28,657 nucleotides of DNA from a virus (Duplodnaviria > Caudoviricetes), in the IMG/VR virus record IMGVR_UViG_3300030207_000242, positions 1-28,657 of that record; one strand, written 5' to 3'. Position numbers and translations under genes: made by a program. Positions 1 through 10,600 of this stretch are shown piece after piece (the stretch's first letter is position 1; every line of letters starts with the position of its first letter). A model generated the notes under the pieces. It was given only the letters and a program-made list of their open reading frames with translations. It did no database searches and had not been told where the DNA came from.

Positions 1-2
1 CA

Positions 3-893
3 GATGAGTTTCCAGAATCTCATACACCTTATAGGTATTTGAATAGTGGAACATTTATAGCTCAAGTAGGAGAACTAAAAAAGATGTTTGCTTCTTCTAC
101 TGTAGCTGATGATGGTGATGACCAACTGTATTATCAGAAGTTATTACTAAGTAATGAGTTTGATATGACTTTAGATTATGAAGGTTATATTTTTCAAACA
201 CATGAAGATGCAACAGGTATAAGTAGTTCAGGACAACTTTATAATCCTAGAACAAATTGTTGTGCTTGTATCTATCATGGTAATGGTGGAGACAATACTA
301 AAGATAAATTTAATGCTTTATACAATGTCTTTCATCCTAGAACTGATTATTATTTTAGTCCTAGTAAGTCATACGACATTATAGAAGATGATATGCTAGT
401 AGCTGACTTTATGACTCAAGAACAATGTGAAAGACTTATTGAGTTAGCTGATAAGAATGGAAACTGGGATAGTTTAAAATATGATAAGTTTCCAGCACAA
501 GAAATAAGAATAAAAGAATTAGGTTTGTGGACAGAGTTAGAAGCTAAATGGAATGAATTTATAGTACCAATACTAGAAAAGTATTGGCAACCTACAGAAA
601 TGTATGGTTTAAGAGATGCTTTTGTAATGAGATATAATTTAGATACACAAAAAGATTTACCTTTACATACTGATGCAAGTTTAGTAACAGGAAGTATAAA
701 ATTAAATGATGATTACGAAGGAGCTGATTTATTTTATCCTAGACAAAATATCAGTAACAAAGAAATACCAGTAGGTAAAATACTTTTATTTCCCGGTATG
801 GTAACACATGGACATGAGTGTTTACCTTTAACAAAAGGAACTAAATATAGTTTTACTATCTGGTCAAACAGATTTCCCGGAGATAATATATAA
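3..893 (+). CDS. PLOD (procollagen lysyl hydroxylase)-like bifunctional glycosyltransferase / 2OG-Fe(II) dioxygenase, 5'-truncated by the window edge
   Basis: The frame is open from base 3 (DEFPESHTPYRYLNSGTFI...), so the TTG at 39 is probably not the true start. The N-terminal motifs YLNSGTFI, DDGDDQLYY, IFQT and HGNG resemble the PLOD glycosyltransferase domain. The C-terminal FVMRY..Q..LPLHTDAS (HxD), LNDDYEG, FPGMVTHGHECLP (distal His) and GTKY resemble the PLOD hydroxylase domain. Confidence 0.8.
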   Translation, partial: DEFPESHTPYRYLNSGTFIAQVGELKKMFASSTVADDGDDQLYYQKLLLSNEFDMTLDYEGYIFQTHEDATGISSSGQLYNPRTNCCACIYHGNGGDNTKDKFNALYNVFHPRTDYYFSPSKSYDIIEDDMLVADFMTQEQCERLIELADKNGNWDSLKYDKFPAQEIRIKELGLWTELEAKWNEFIVPILEKYWQPTEMYGLRDAFVMRYNLDTQKDLPLHTDASLVTGSIKLNDDYEGADLFYPRQNISNKEIPVGKILLFPGMVTHGHECLPLTKGTKYSFTIWSNRFPGDNI

Positions 894-1135
894 TGGAAAT
901 ATCAACATATTTAATTTGGAATGTAATAATAACTTTGGTCTTAGGACCTATACTATTTTCTATTCGTAAAAATGAAGCAGAAGCTAAAAGAATAGATATA
1001 CTTCTAAATAAAACTAGAGAAGAAATAGCTAGAGAATATGTAACTAAACAAGAAGTTAAAGAAGATATGACTGCTCTAATGGAAAGATTAGAAAAACTAC
1101 ATGAAAAAGTAGATAAACTTTTCGAGGTTAAATAA
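893..1135 (+). CDS. Small membrane protein (N-terminal TM helix plus coiled coil), function unknown
   Basis: Hydrophobic residues about 6-24, then a charged heptad-like helix. TAATG stop/start coupling at both ends. Confidence 0.7.
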   Translation: MEISTYLIWNVIITLVLGPILFSIRKNEAEAKRIDILLNKTREEIAREYVTKQEVKEDMTALMERLEKLHEKVDKLFEVK

Positions 1136-4014
1136 TGAAAAAAGAAAAAAGAAAAAATAGAAAAAATTACAGTCCTAAATATTCATCTGAAAGATTAGAT
1201 ATGCGTAATGGTGGTAGAGTTAGATTGGCTCATGGTGGTCAACCTACTCCACCTAATCCTGCAGATTATTTTGATGCAGATGGTGAATTTGATTCAGATG
1301 AATACCAAGCTGACCTTGCTAGATACAGAGCCAGACTTGATGCATGGAATGCAGAACACGACAATAATGGTGGTGGTGGCGACAATGGTGGTGGCGACAA
1401 TGGTGGTGGCGACAATGGTGGAGGAGATAATGGTGGAGGAGATAATGACCCTGACCCATTAGATGATTTATCAGAAGCTGAAAAACTAAGAAAATTTAAC
1501 CAAGAAAGAAGTTCAAGAAATATAAGAGCTGGTCGTACTGCTGAAGAAATAGCAGCCGGTAATTTAGATGGAGTATTACAAGATGCTAAAGTAGATACTG
1601 TTATGGGTCCAGATGGAGTACCCCAAGATACTATAGCAGATTCTGTAAAGATGGCTCAAAAAGGTATGACACCTCAAAAGATAGCAGATGCAACAGCACA
1701 ACAAGTAGATACTATGAGTGCTACACAAGCTGCAAAGACTGCTGATGTTTCTGCAGTAGGAATGTCTGCTTCTAGAATTACTAAACCTGCAGTAGTGGAT
1801 GCTGCATCTGGTCAATTATCAGAAGAAGCAATCGCAAGTGTTGAAGAAATTAGAAATTTATCTGGACCTGCAGAAGCAGCTAGAGTTTCAAAAGCTTTAG
1901 TAGAGGCTGCAAAAGCAGATACAGTAGAAGGAGTATTATCTGCAGGAGCATATACTCCACAAGTAGTAGGAATAGCAGGACAAATATCAGAAACACCACA
2001 AGCAGAAAGAGCTGAAAGAGAAGCTATTGTAGGTGATGCTGCTATGGGTAGTGCTGCACAAATATTAGATACAATAAATTATCAAGCAGCACAACAAAGA
2101 ACAGTAAAAGGAGAAGCTGCTAGAGGTGCTGCTGCATCTATGGTTGCACAAACTGCAGAACTACCTGAAGATATAGCATCAGCTATTGTAGAAGACCCAG
2201 CTAGTGTAGAAGCACAGGTAGATAATGAGCCTGTTTCTGTTCAAGCTGCTATTGCTGCCTTACCTTCTGAAGCATTAGTTTCTTCTCAAATGGAAACTTT
2301 ACTTTCTGGAATAGAAGATGGTGATATTCCTTTATGGGCTAAACCTGCAGTTGATTCTGTTAATAGTAATTTAGCACAAAGAGGTATGAATGTTTCTACT
2401 GTTGGTAGAGATGCATTGTTTAATGCTATTATTCAAACATCATTACCAATAGCTCAAGCAAATGCACAGGCATTACAACAAAGAGCAGCACAAAATTTAA
2501 CTAATGAACAACAAGCAAACTTACAAGAAGCACAACAAACACAGCAATTAAGATTACAAAACTTAGCAAATAGACAAACTTCTGAAAGTCAAAGTGCTCA
2601 GATGTCTCAACAAATGAGAACAATGCAAAGTCAGTTTAATCAACAAACTGTTATGGCAAGTGCTCAACAAAGACAACAAACTGCATTACAGAATTTACAA
2701 AATCAACAACAAGCTGCAGTTCTTAATGCTCAAAACCAACAAGCAATAAATGCACAAAATTTAGGTAACGAGCAACAAATAGAAATTGCTAATTTACAAG
2801 TAGAAGCTCAAGCTGCTGGTGCTGACCAATCTGCAGAGAATCAAGCAAGACTGGCAGAGATGCAAACTGCTGCTAGATTTATGAGTCAAAATGCTGCGTT
2901 TACTCAAGACATGAATAAAGCAAACTTGTCTACAGACCAACAAATGAGATTGGCAAATTTATCTGCATTAAATAGAGCAGGTTCAGAAAATTTAAATGCT
3001 GAACAAAGAGCTGAATTAGCAAATTTAAATGCTACTCTACAAACAAATATTAAAAATGCAGAACTTGCAAATGCAATGGGTCTTGCTCAACTTAGTGTTG
3101 ACCAACAATCTGCATTAACAAATGCAAGAAATAATTTTAATATGGACATGGCTAATTTTAGTAATGAACAACAAGTAGAATTAGCTAATAGTAAATTTGT
3201 ACAAACTTCTACACTTGCTAATTTAAATATGGAGCAACAAGCTATTATGCAGAATGCTACAGCTATGGCAAGTTTAGATTTATCTACTGCTGATACTAGA
3301 CAAAAATTAGCAATTAATAATGCTAAAGCATTTTTATCAATGGATATGACAAATCTTAACAATGGTCAACAAGCTAATATGTTAAGAGCACAACAAGACC
3401 AACAAAGAATATTAAGTAATCAAGCAGCAGAAAATGCAGCTAGACAATTTAATTCTGCAAGTGAAAATCAAACTAATCAGTTTATGGCAAACTTAGAACA
3501 ACAAATGAATCAGTATAATACTGCTGCATTAAACCAAGCAGCACAAACAAATGCTTCATTTAAAAATGCTGCAAATGCTGCTGATGCTAATAGAATACAA
3601 GATGTTAATAAATCTAATGCAGCTATAATTAATTCATCTAGGCAGTTTAATGCACAAATGGAATATAATACTGAACAATGGAATAGACAAAATGAACAAG
3701 CAGTAATAAATTCTAATGTTACTTGGAGAAGACAAGCAAATCAATTTGATACTGCTGCAAAGAATACAGCTAACATGTTAAATGCTCAACAAGCTTTTGG
3801 GTTAACTCAAAGTGGATTGTCTTTTGTTTGGCAAGAATTAAGAGACCAAGCAGACTATGACTTTAGATGGGCAGATAATACAGCTACTAGAAAGTTAAAT
3901 GCTATGGTAGCTGCTGCAGGTGCTGAAGGAGATGCTGCAAAGAATTGGAGTACTAACTTTAATACAGCATCTAGTAAAATAGATAATATGTTTAGTAACG
4001 ATTACGGAAGTTAA
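1135..4014 (+). CDS. Large Gln/Asn/Ala-rich putative internal virion / DNA-ejection protein
   Basis: 959 aa. The C-terminal half is Q/N/A-rich with clear 11-residue periodicity. It lies in a cluster of large helical proteins upstream of the lysis genes. Function is inferred. Confidence 0.6.
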   Translation: MKKEKRKNRKNYSPKYSSERLDMRNGGRVRLAHGGQPTPPNPADYFDADGEFDSDEYQADLARYRARLDAWNAEHDNNGGGGDNGGGDNGGGDNGGGDNGGGDNDPDPLDDLSEAEKLRKFNQERSSRNIRAGRTAEEIAAGNLDGVLQDAKVDTVMGPDGVPQDTIADSVKMAQKGMTPQKIADATAQQVDTMSATQAAKTADVSAVGMSASRITKPAVVDAASGQLSEEAIASVEEIRNLSGPAEAARVSKALVEAAKADTVEGVLSAGAYTPQVVGIAGQISETPQAERAEREAIVGDAAMGSAAQILDTINYQAAQQRTVKGEAARGAAASMVAQTAELPEDIASAIVEDPASVEAQVDNEPVSVQAAIAALPSEALVSSQMETLLSGIEDGDIPLWAKPAVDSVNSNLAQRGMNVSTVGRDALFNAIIQTSLPIAQANAQALQQRAAQNLTNEQQANLQEAQQTQQLRLQNLANRQTSESQSAQMSQQMRTMQSQFNQQTVMASAQQRQQTALQNLQNQQQAAVLNAQNQQAINAQNLGNEQQIEIANLQVEAQAAGADQSAENQARLAEMQTAARFMSQNAAFTQDMNKANLSTDQQMRLANLSALNRAGSENLNAEQRAELANLNATLQTNIKNAELANAMGLAQLSVDQQSALTNARNNFNMDMANFSNEQQVELANSKFVQTSTLANLNMEQQAIMQNATAMASLDLSTADTRQKLAINNAKAFLSMDMTNLNNGQQANMLRAQQDQQRILSNQAAENAARQFNSASENQTNQFMANLEQQMNQYNTAALNQAAQTNASFKNAANAADANRIQDVNKSNAAIINSSRQFNAQMEYNTEQWNRQNEQAVINSNVTWRRQANQFDTAAKNTANMLNAQQAFGLTQSGLSFVWQELRDQADYDFRWADNTATRKLNAMVAAAGAEGDAAKNWSTNFNTASSKIDNMFSNDYGS
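1372..1446 (+). repeat. In-frame 15-bp tandem repeat, 5 copies, encoding GGGDN
   Basis: Three copies of GGTGGTGGCGACAAT (1372-1416) followed by two of GGTGGAGGAGATAAT (1417-1446). Confidence 0.95.
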
Positions 4015-4025
4015 AGGAGAACAAT

Positions 4026-5252
4026 ATGGGATGGAAACCGGGAAAATTATTAAAAAAAGTTTTTAAAGGTGTCAAAAGAACTTTTAAGAAAATAGGTAAA
4101 GGCATTAAAAGTGCTTTTGGTAAGATAGGAAAGTTTTTTGGTAAATTTGGAGTATTAGGACAAATAGGTATGATGATGCTTATGGGTCCATTAGGCAACA
4201 TGCTGGGAGGAATTCTTTCAGGAGCAATGGGAACACTCGGCTCGTGGTCTGCTGGTCTAATCCAAAATGGAGGATGGGCTGCTAAAGCATTAGGACATAC
4301 TATGAAAGCTATACATACAGCAGGAACTTTTGTAGGTAAAGTATATACAACAGTATCTGATACTATTGGTAATGCAGTAGATAGAGTAGGAAACTTTTTT
4401 CAAGGTAATGGATTTACACTTAGCGACAACAGAACAAGATTGTTTGACTTTGAAGCACAAAGAAATAATCCAAGGTCTTTATTAGAAACTGGTGAGTATG
4501 ATGTTGTTGGTAAATATGGAACTCCTAAAACTCCTGATGTTGTAGACCTTACAAAGGTTGATACTGTACCTGATACAAGTGTACCTGATACAGATACACC
4601 TGATACAAATATTGATAATGTAACTAGAAATGAAAACAGTAATATAGTAGAAAATGATATTGAGGGTATTCTAAATAATAAACCTGAGATGACTCCTGAT
4701 GGTATTAAAGTAGGAGAAGTAGATTTACCAACTATAGGACCAGAAGAAATGTTAGATGCTAATGTTGATGTTAATAGTTTACTAAATGATGAGAGGTCAC
4801 TATATGATACATTTAAAGAAGATGGTTTTGTTGCAGGAGCTGAAGCAGTTGTTGATGCTGGTATAGATAGACTTAAATCTACTACACCTTCTCAGATTGC
4901 TGACAGAGTAGTTGACAGAGTAGAAAAAATACCTTTAGATGGTATAACTATGGCAGCAACTCAAGACATTGCTAAATCATATGGTTGGGAAGTAGGTGAT
5001 ACAAATGTAAATTCATATACTTTAATGAACATACCAGCTACAAAAACTGAAGGTGCTGTTTATAATGAGATAGATTATGTTTCAAGATTAAGTGGTAATG
5101 CTTTCTATGGTGATATGCTTAGAAACGCACCATCATTTTTACCTGAAACTTTAATTGCTAACAATGATGCTTATGCTCAAAGCTGGTATCAAAGAGCAAG
5201 TAATTTAGCTTACGAAAACGATAATATACATGGAGCAGTTTATGGAATCTAA
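4026..5252 (+). CDS. Putative internal virion / pilot (ejection) protein with a Lys/Gly-rich amphipathic N-terminus
   Basis: Strong RBS AAAGGAGA just upstream. The N-terminus KLLKKVFKGVKRTFKKIGKGIKSAFGKIGKFFGKFG is followed by a Gly-rich hydrophobic stretch, and the remainder is acidic with PDT repeats. Confidence 0.55.
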   Translation: MGWKPGKLLKKVFKGVKRTFKKIGKGIKSAFGKIGKFFGKFGVLGQIGMMMLMGPLGNMLGGILSGAMGTLGSWSAGLIQNGGWAAKALGHTMKAIHTAGTFVGKVYTTVSDTIGNAVDRVGNFFQGNGFTLSDNRTRLFDFEAQRNNPRSLLETGEYDVVGKYGTPKTPDVVDLTKVDTVPDTSVPDTDTPDTNIDNVTRNENSNIVENDIEGILNNKPEMTPDGIKVGEVDLPTIGPEEMLDANVDVNSLLNDERSLYDTFKEDGFVAGAEAVVDAGIDRLKSTTPSQIADRVVDRVEKIPLDGITMAATQDIAKSYGWEVGDTNVNSYTLMNIPATKTEGAVYNEIDYVSRLSGNAFYGDMLRNAPSFLPETLIANNDAYAQSWYQRASNLAYENDNIHGAVYGI

Positions 5253-5913
5253 TGAAATTTATAGTCAAGAAGGCGTAAGAGCAATAGCTAGTACTAATAG
5301 ACCTATTCCGGGTCAGTCATTAACTAATAATCCTGATACACCTTATATATGGGAAGGTGCACCAGAACATGTTGATTTTAAAGAAGCTTTACAAGATGTA
5401 ACTACTCAATTATTAAAACCAGAAAATATGGAGCCTATATTAGGAGCTATAAATGATGGTGTTCCTATAATGGATTTAGTATCACAAATTAGTTATGTAG
5501 GATTTAGAGAAGGTAAATTTAATCCAGACTTAATGTTATTATTAGCTGAACCTTTAGCATATATTTTAATGTATATGTCAGAAAATGCAGGTATAAAATA
5601 TAGAATAGATTCTGATGATGCTGCATCGGCTGCTGATGATGAGCAAGAAGAAAGAAGATATGCTTCATTAAGAAGTAAAAATATTAAAAGATTAAAGAAA
5701 CAAGAAGCTGAAAAAAAAGTACTTAGTGTTGTAAATAGATTAGATAAAGATATAATAAACCAAATAGATAAAGCACAAGCAAAAGAAATGTCTTCAAGTT
5801 TATTAGCTCAAGAAGAAGCTATAGGCGATGAAGGTAGTGCTAATCAAGTTGAACCTAATGAACAACAGCAACAAGCTAGTTTATTAAATAGAACAGAACA
5901 AGGAGTTGTATAA
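5242..5913 (+). CDS. Phage hypothetical protein of the virion module
   Basis: GGAG at 5232-5235 favours ATG 5242 over 5230. The RPIPGQSLT..P..P..WE motif is one I recall from marine podovirus structural regions. TAATG coupling to the next gene. Confidence 0.65.
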   Translation: MESNEIYSQEGVRAIASTNRPIPGQSLTNNPDTPYIWEGAPEHVDFKEALQDVTTQLLKPENMEPILGAINDGVPIMDLVSQISYVGFREGKFNPDLMLLLAEPLAYILMYMSENAGIKYRIDSDDAASAADDEQEERRYASLRSKNIKRLKKQEAEKKVLSVVNRLDKDIINQIDKAQAKEMSSSLLAQEEAIGDEGSANQVEPNEQQQQASLLNRTEQGVV

Positions 5914-7625
5914 TGGCTGAAGAAAATAATTATATGTCTGGAAGATATGGTGGCGATTCTGATGGCGGTATAGCTTTTTCAGAAAAGAAACTAGAGACTA
6001 GTAGAAAAAGAATTGAAAAAAGACAAAAGTATTTTGATAGATTTCAAAAAATTTATCCTTTTGTAAATGCTGGAGTTAAAATAGGTAATGCTCTTGTACA
6101 AGATAGAGCACAAGCTAGACAAAATGAATTAAATTTTCAATTTGCAAATCATAAAATAATTCATGATAATGGCTCGAATGTTAGGGCACAACATGAATTA
6201 AATCAAAAAAATGGTGTAAGCGATGTAGATTATTTAAGAGATATATACTATGAAAGAGCCACAAATGAATTAATAGAATATTTTGGAGAAGACCTTGATA
6301 TAAATTCATTTACAGGTGCTATTTATAATTTTGCTCAAGAACAAGCTGAAGCAACTTTACCCTCATATCAAAACATGGTAAAGGCATCATACGAATTACC
6401 TGAATGGGCTGATGATGGAGTAGAGCATCAAGCATGGTTTAACAAAAATCAAGGAGGTAATCCACCTCAAAATTTAATGCAATTAGTGGGATTTCGTATT
6501 AGAGATTTTGTTAGAGGTAATGATAAAGAAACTTTAGAAGCACAAGAGCAACTAACTCCTATACAATTACAATTTGCAAAATATGGAGAGTTTCAAAAAA
6601 CTGCTGAACTTTATCATAACATTACAAGAAATGGTAAAGCTTTATTAGATATATTAAGTAATGAAGAAAAAGATGCAGCAAGAGGTAAAATTATAGGACA
6701 ACCACAAATAGTAGTTATGGACCCTGTGTATGATGAAGGAGAGAATGTTTTTACTACAGTTACAAAACTTGTAGTAGCTAGAGAAGGTCTAAAAGGTAAC
6801 GACCCTACTTATTCATCTCAAGTAATAAGTACGGATGTTACACCAGCAAAATCTGATGTAGTTTCAATGAACCATATAATAGAATTACAAGCTAAAGTTC
6901 AACCGGGTTCAGAATCATTTACAAGACTTAATGAACTAATTGCAGAAGGAGGAACTGGTCCAAATAAACAGTTTAAATATAGTGAATATATAAACCTCGT
7001 AAATCAAATAAGTCCAAATGATAGAGTAAAAGATTTTGATGACCTTGATAACTTACTACAAATTAAGTTAGGAAATGATAGAGTAGAAGATGAAAATGGT
7101 AATTTGATAGCACTAGGCGAGTGGGATACACTTGCTAAGAGATGGCGAATTAATCCTAATGTAATAAAATCCCCATATCTTATGGAAAAATCAGGTTTAG
7201 ATAAACTTAAAGTAAGTGTTGATGATTATTTACAATGGTATACAAAAGTAGAGTTTGATGTACCAATTAGTAATCAAGAAGAAGATGATGATGATGTAAG
7301 AGATGATGTTCAAGTTGTTGGTCTTCCTATAAATGCAATCATGCCCGGAGAGTATTTTAGTGAATTCGGTGATGAAGAAAAAAATAATTTAGATGCTATG
7401 TTCAAAGAAGCATTAGGAAAACCTGTAAGTGCAGAAGGATTTGGTTTAACTGAAATGATAATGGAAGACCCAAATAGAGAAACATATAAAATTTCTAATA
7501 TAAATTTTGCATTACATTTTAATAATAAAAGTTTACCAGATGACTATTTCGATATTTATGTTACTCCTGATGGAAGTATTCCTACTTATTTTGTAAAAGC
7601 AGGTGAGCAACTTATCTTAGAATAA
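5913..7625 (+). CDS. Hypothetical protein, probable internal virion protein
   Basis: 570-aa ORF with RBS AAGGAG upstream and TAATG coupling on both sides. No catalytic motif recognised; the call is positional. Confidence 0.55.
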   Translation: MAEENNYMSGRYGGDSDGGIAFSEKKLETSRKRIEKRQKYFDRFQKIYPFVNAGVKIGNALVQDRAQARQNELNFQFANHKIIHDNGSNVRAQHELNQKNGVSDVDYLRDIYYERATNELIEYFGEDLDINSFTGAIYNFAQEQAEATLPSYQNMVKASYELPEWADDGVEHQAWFNKNQGGNPPQNLMQLVGFRIRDFVRGNDKETLEAQEQLTPIQLQFAKYGEFQKTAELYHNITRNGKALLDILSNEEKDAARGKIIGQPQIVVMDPVYDEGENVFTTVTKLVVAREGLKGNDPTYSSQVISTDVTPAKSDVVSMNHIIELQAKVQPGSESFTRLNELIAEGGTGPNKQFKYSEYINLVNQISPNDRVKDFDDLDNLLQIKLGNDRVEDENGNLIALGEWDTLAKRWRINPNVIKSPYLMEKSGLDKLKVSVDDYLQWYTKVEFDVPISNQEEDDDDVRDDVQVVGLPINAIMPGEYFSEFGDEEKNNLDAMFKEALGKPVSAEGFGLTEMIMEDPNRETYKISNINFALHFNNKSLPDDYFDIYVTPDGSIPTYFVKAGEQLILE

Positions 7626-10600
7626 TGCAGCAAATAAAAGAATTACAAGATTTTGATGACAGAAGAAAAGCTTATTTGAGTGACAGAGACCCTTATGGCA
7701 TAGTAGATATGACTACAGGAGAAGCTATCAAGTACGCAGCAGAGATGGGGGCTTCTGATTCTCTTAGGGGTATTAATCAATTAATTAGTCAAAGTTTTAA
7801 TAGAGAAGAAGAACTAGAAAGACTAAGACAAGATGATAAAAAACTTAGATTGATAATGACTCATCCTGATTTTGGTACAGAAGCTAGTACAGCTTTTTTT
7901 GCTGCTGCTATTGGAGCAGACCCTATAAGTTATATACCTTTTGCAGGTTGGTTAAAAAAGGGTAAGTCTGCTAAAGACTTTGCGGACTTTGCAAAATATG
8001 GATTTACTGCAGGTGCTGCTGTTTCTTTTTTAGGATATACTCCAGAAGACTATGCGTTATTTGTAGATGATGATGCTTCTTTTGTTACTAAAAAATTTGA
8101 ACAAACTACTGTAGGAGGAACTGTTGGTGGTGTTCTATCTTCTGCAGGTGCTAAAGTAGCAGATGTTTATATGAAAGCTAGACATGGTAAAAGTATTTTT
8201 CAAGGCAATACTCCTACCTTTGTTGTAGATGATGCTAACAGTCCAAATAAACCTGCAATTATTAACGAAGGTGGATTTAAAGAAGGTCAAACTGTATTTT
8301 TACAAGATAGAAAAAATCAAGGTGTTATAACAAGAATAGATGAAACTAAGAACATAGCAGAAGTAAGAATAAGTAATGCTAAAACAGGTAAGTCTGTTAG
8401 AAAAGAATTTTTTATTAATGAACTTACAGGACTAAAACCTACAAAGAAAAAAGGTTCAAAAGCTTTAATAGATTCATTTATAGTAAGTAAAGGTAAAGGA
8501 AGACAAGGTAGAATTTATACTATTCATGATAGTATTCGTTCTCGTATACATAAAGGTTTTCAAAAAGATATATCTTATCAAATTACAAAAACTAAAGATG
8601 GGTTTACTGTTTCAAGAAATACAGTAGAAAAAGGTATAGACCCTGACTTACCATCACAACCATTTAGAACATCAGAAAAACTACAAACTTTTAAAACTTT
8701 GCGTGAAGCTAAAAACTTTGCAGTAAAAGAAATTAGTCCTAATGCAAAAGGTAAACCTAAAATGACTAGAGCAAAGTTAAATGAAAGAATAGTTGATGCA
8801 GCACAAAATGTAAATAAAAAAGATGAAAACTCTGCAAGATTATCTCTTTCTAATATTTGGAAAAGTATAGGAGGAGATAGTTTAGGTGATTTAATGTGGA
8901 ACAGAATATTAAAAAGTCCAGTAGAATTTGGTGGAGCTGGTATTGGTGCTGCTACTGGTCTTACAATGACAGAATATGAAGATAGTATGACTGAATATTT
9001 TGGTAAAATATTAGGAGGTGCTTTGCTTGGAGGTACTGGAGTTGCAGGTTTAAAAAAATTAGACAGTAAATATGCAAATAATAAATTTGCAGATTTGTTT
9101 GGATTTGAATTAGTAGCAGACTATGGGTTACCTACTGCATATAAAGCTGGAAAACAAGAATTTTATAAGACTAAAAATCAAATTACTTTAGATTTTTATG
9201 ACTTACTTAAAAGAGCAGAGAAAGACTTATCCAAAGAAGAGAACAGGCTTTTGTATATAATGATGTCTGGAGACCCCGAAGACTTTTCAAAATTATCAGA
9301 TGAGGTAATCCAACTAGGAGATGATGCTAGAAAACTCTTAAAAAAATATGGACAGGAGTTAGTAGACTTAGGCTTATTAAATGAAAAGACATTTTTGAAA
9401 AACATAGAAACTTATATGCATAGAGTATATAGAAACAAAGATGCTGAGTTTAGAAGTAAAGTAACTTTAGGAAGAGATATAAAAACTATAGCTAACAATT
9501 TAAAACCTAGAGGACTCCCGCCAAAAGAAGTACAGCCAAGAATGTTTAAAAAGAAATGGAAAAACGAAGGTTGGTATATAGATGAAAAATTACCTAATGG
9601 TAAGTATAGAATAAGAAGAGACTATACAAAACAAGAAAGATTAGACCTAGGTGAAATGGAAGATTTTTCTTTATCACTAGTTGAAACAGGTAAATTATTA
9701 TCTAATGATATAGCAGCTACTAAATTTTTTAATTTAATAAGTAAACAGTTCTCTATAGGTGCAGCAAACTTTAAAGCAGGTAAATTACCAGATGGTACCG
9801 AGATAGATAAAAGCATGTGGAAACAAATTCCTGATGTAAATATAAGAGGTACTAATGTAAAAAAATATGGAGACTTGTCAGGTAGATATGTAGATAAGTA
9901 TGTATATAATGATGTTGTTCATACTTTTCAATTAGTAAAAGGTGCTGACCCCGGTATAGGAAAAATGGCATTAGATACTTACGATACTGCTTTAGGAATT
10001 TGGAAAAAAACTAAAACAGCTTGGAACCCTGCAACTCATGTAGCTAATACTGTTTCTAATATTATATTAATAAATTTTGCAGGTACAGGTCAGCACATGT
10101 TAGGACCTGCTCTTAAATCTTATCTAAAAAGAGATAAAAATTTTGAAGATAATTTTTTATATGGAGGTTTTGGTGCTGATTTATTGAGTAATGATATAAC
10201 AAAGTTTGCTACAGATAATAGTGATTATTTTACAAAAAGAATAAATCAAATGAGTGATGCAAAAAATCCTATAGTAACTGTTGCAGATATGGTAAAAGCA
10301 GGATGGAATAGTAAAGCAAATGTTTTAAAATTTACTGCACAACAAATGGAAAATCTGTATCAATTTGAAGATAGAATATTTAGACATGCTGTTTATTTAG
10401 ATAGAATTAATAAAGGTTTTTCCAAATCAGAAGCTGCTGCAGATGCAAGAAAGTGGTTTATTGATTATGATATTAATGCTCCTTTTATACAAAAACTAAA
10501 AAGAACTGCATTACCTTTTGTTAGTTATACATATAGAGTAGCACCCTTACTTGTAGAAGGAGCTGTCAGAAGACCTAGTGCAGTAGCTTTATGGGCAGCA

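Noticed and set aside
39-41. TTG at 39 as the start of the first gene
   Set aside because: The frame is open to the window edge and the TTG lies inside the conserved YLNSG motif, so the gene is truncated by the window.
1372-1446. Tandem repeat as a CRISPR array or collagen repeat
   Set aside because: There are no spacers, the unit is 15 bp and in frame, and the protein period is 5 residues rather than Gly-X-Y.
1208-1462. 84-aa +1-frame ORF with VVATM repeats
   Set aside because: It is a shadow of the GGGDN repeat and T-ending codons in the 959-aa gene, with no clear RBS.
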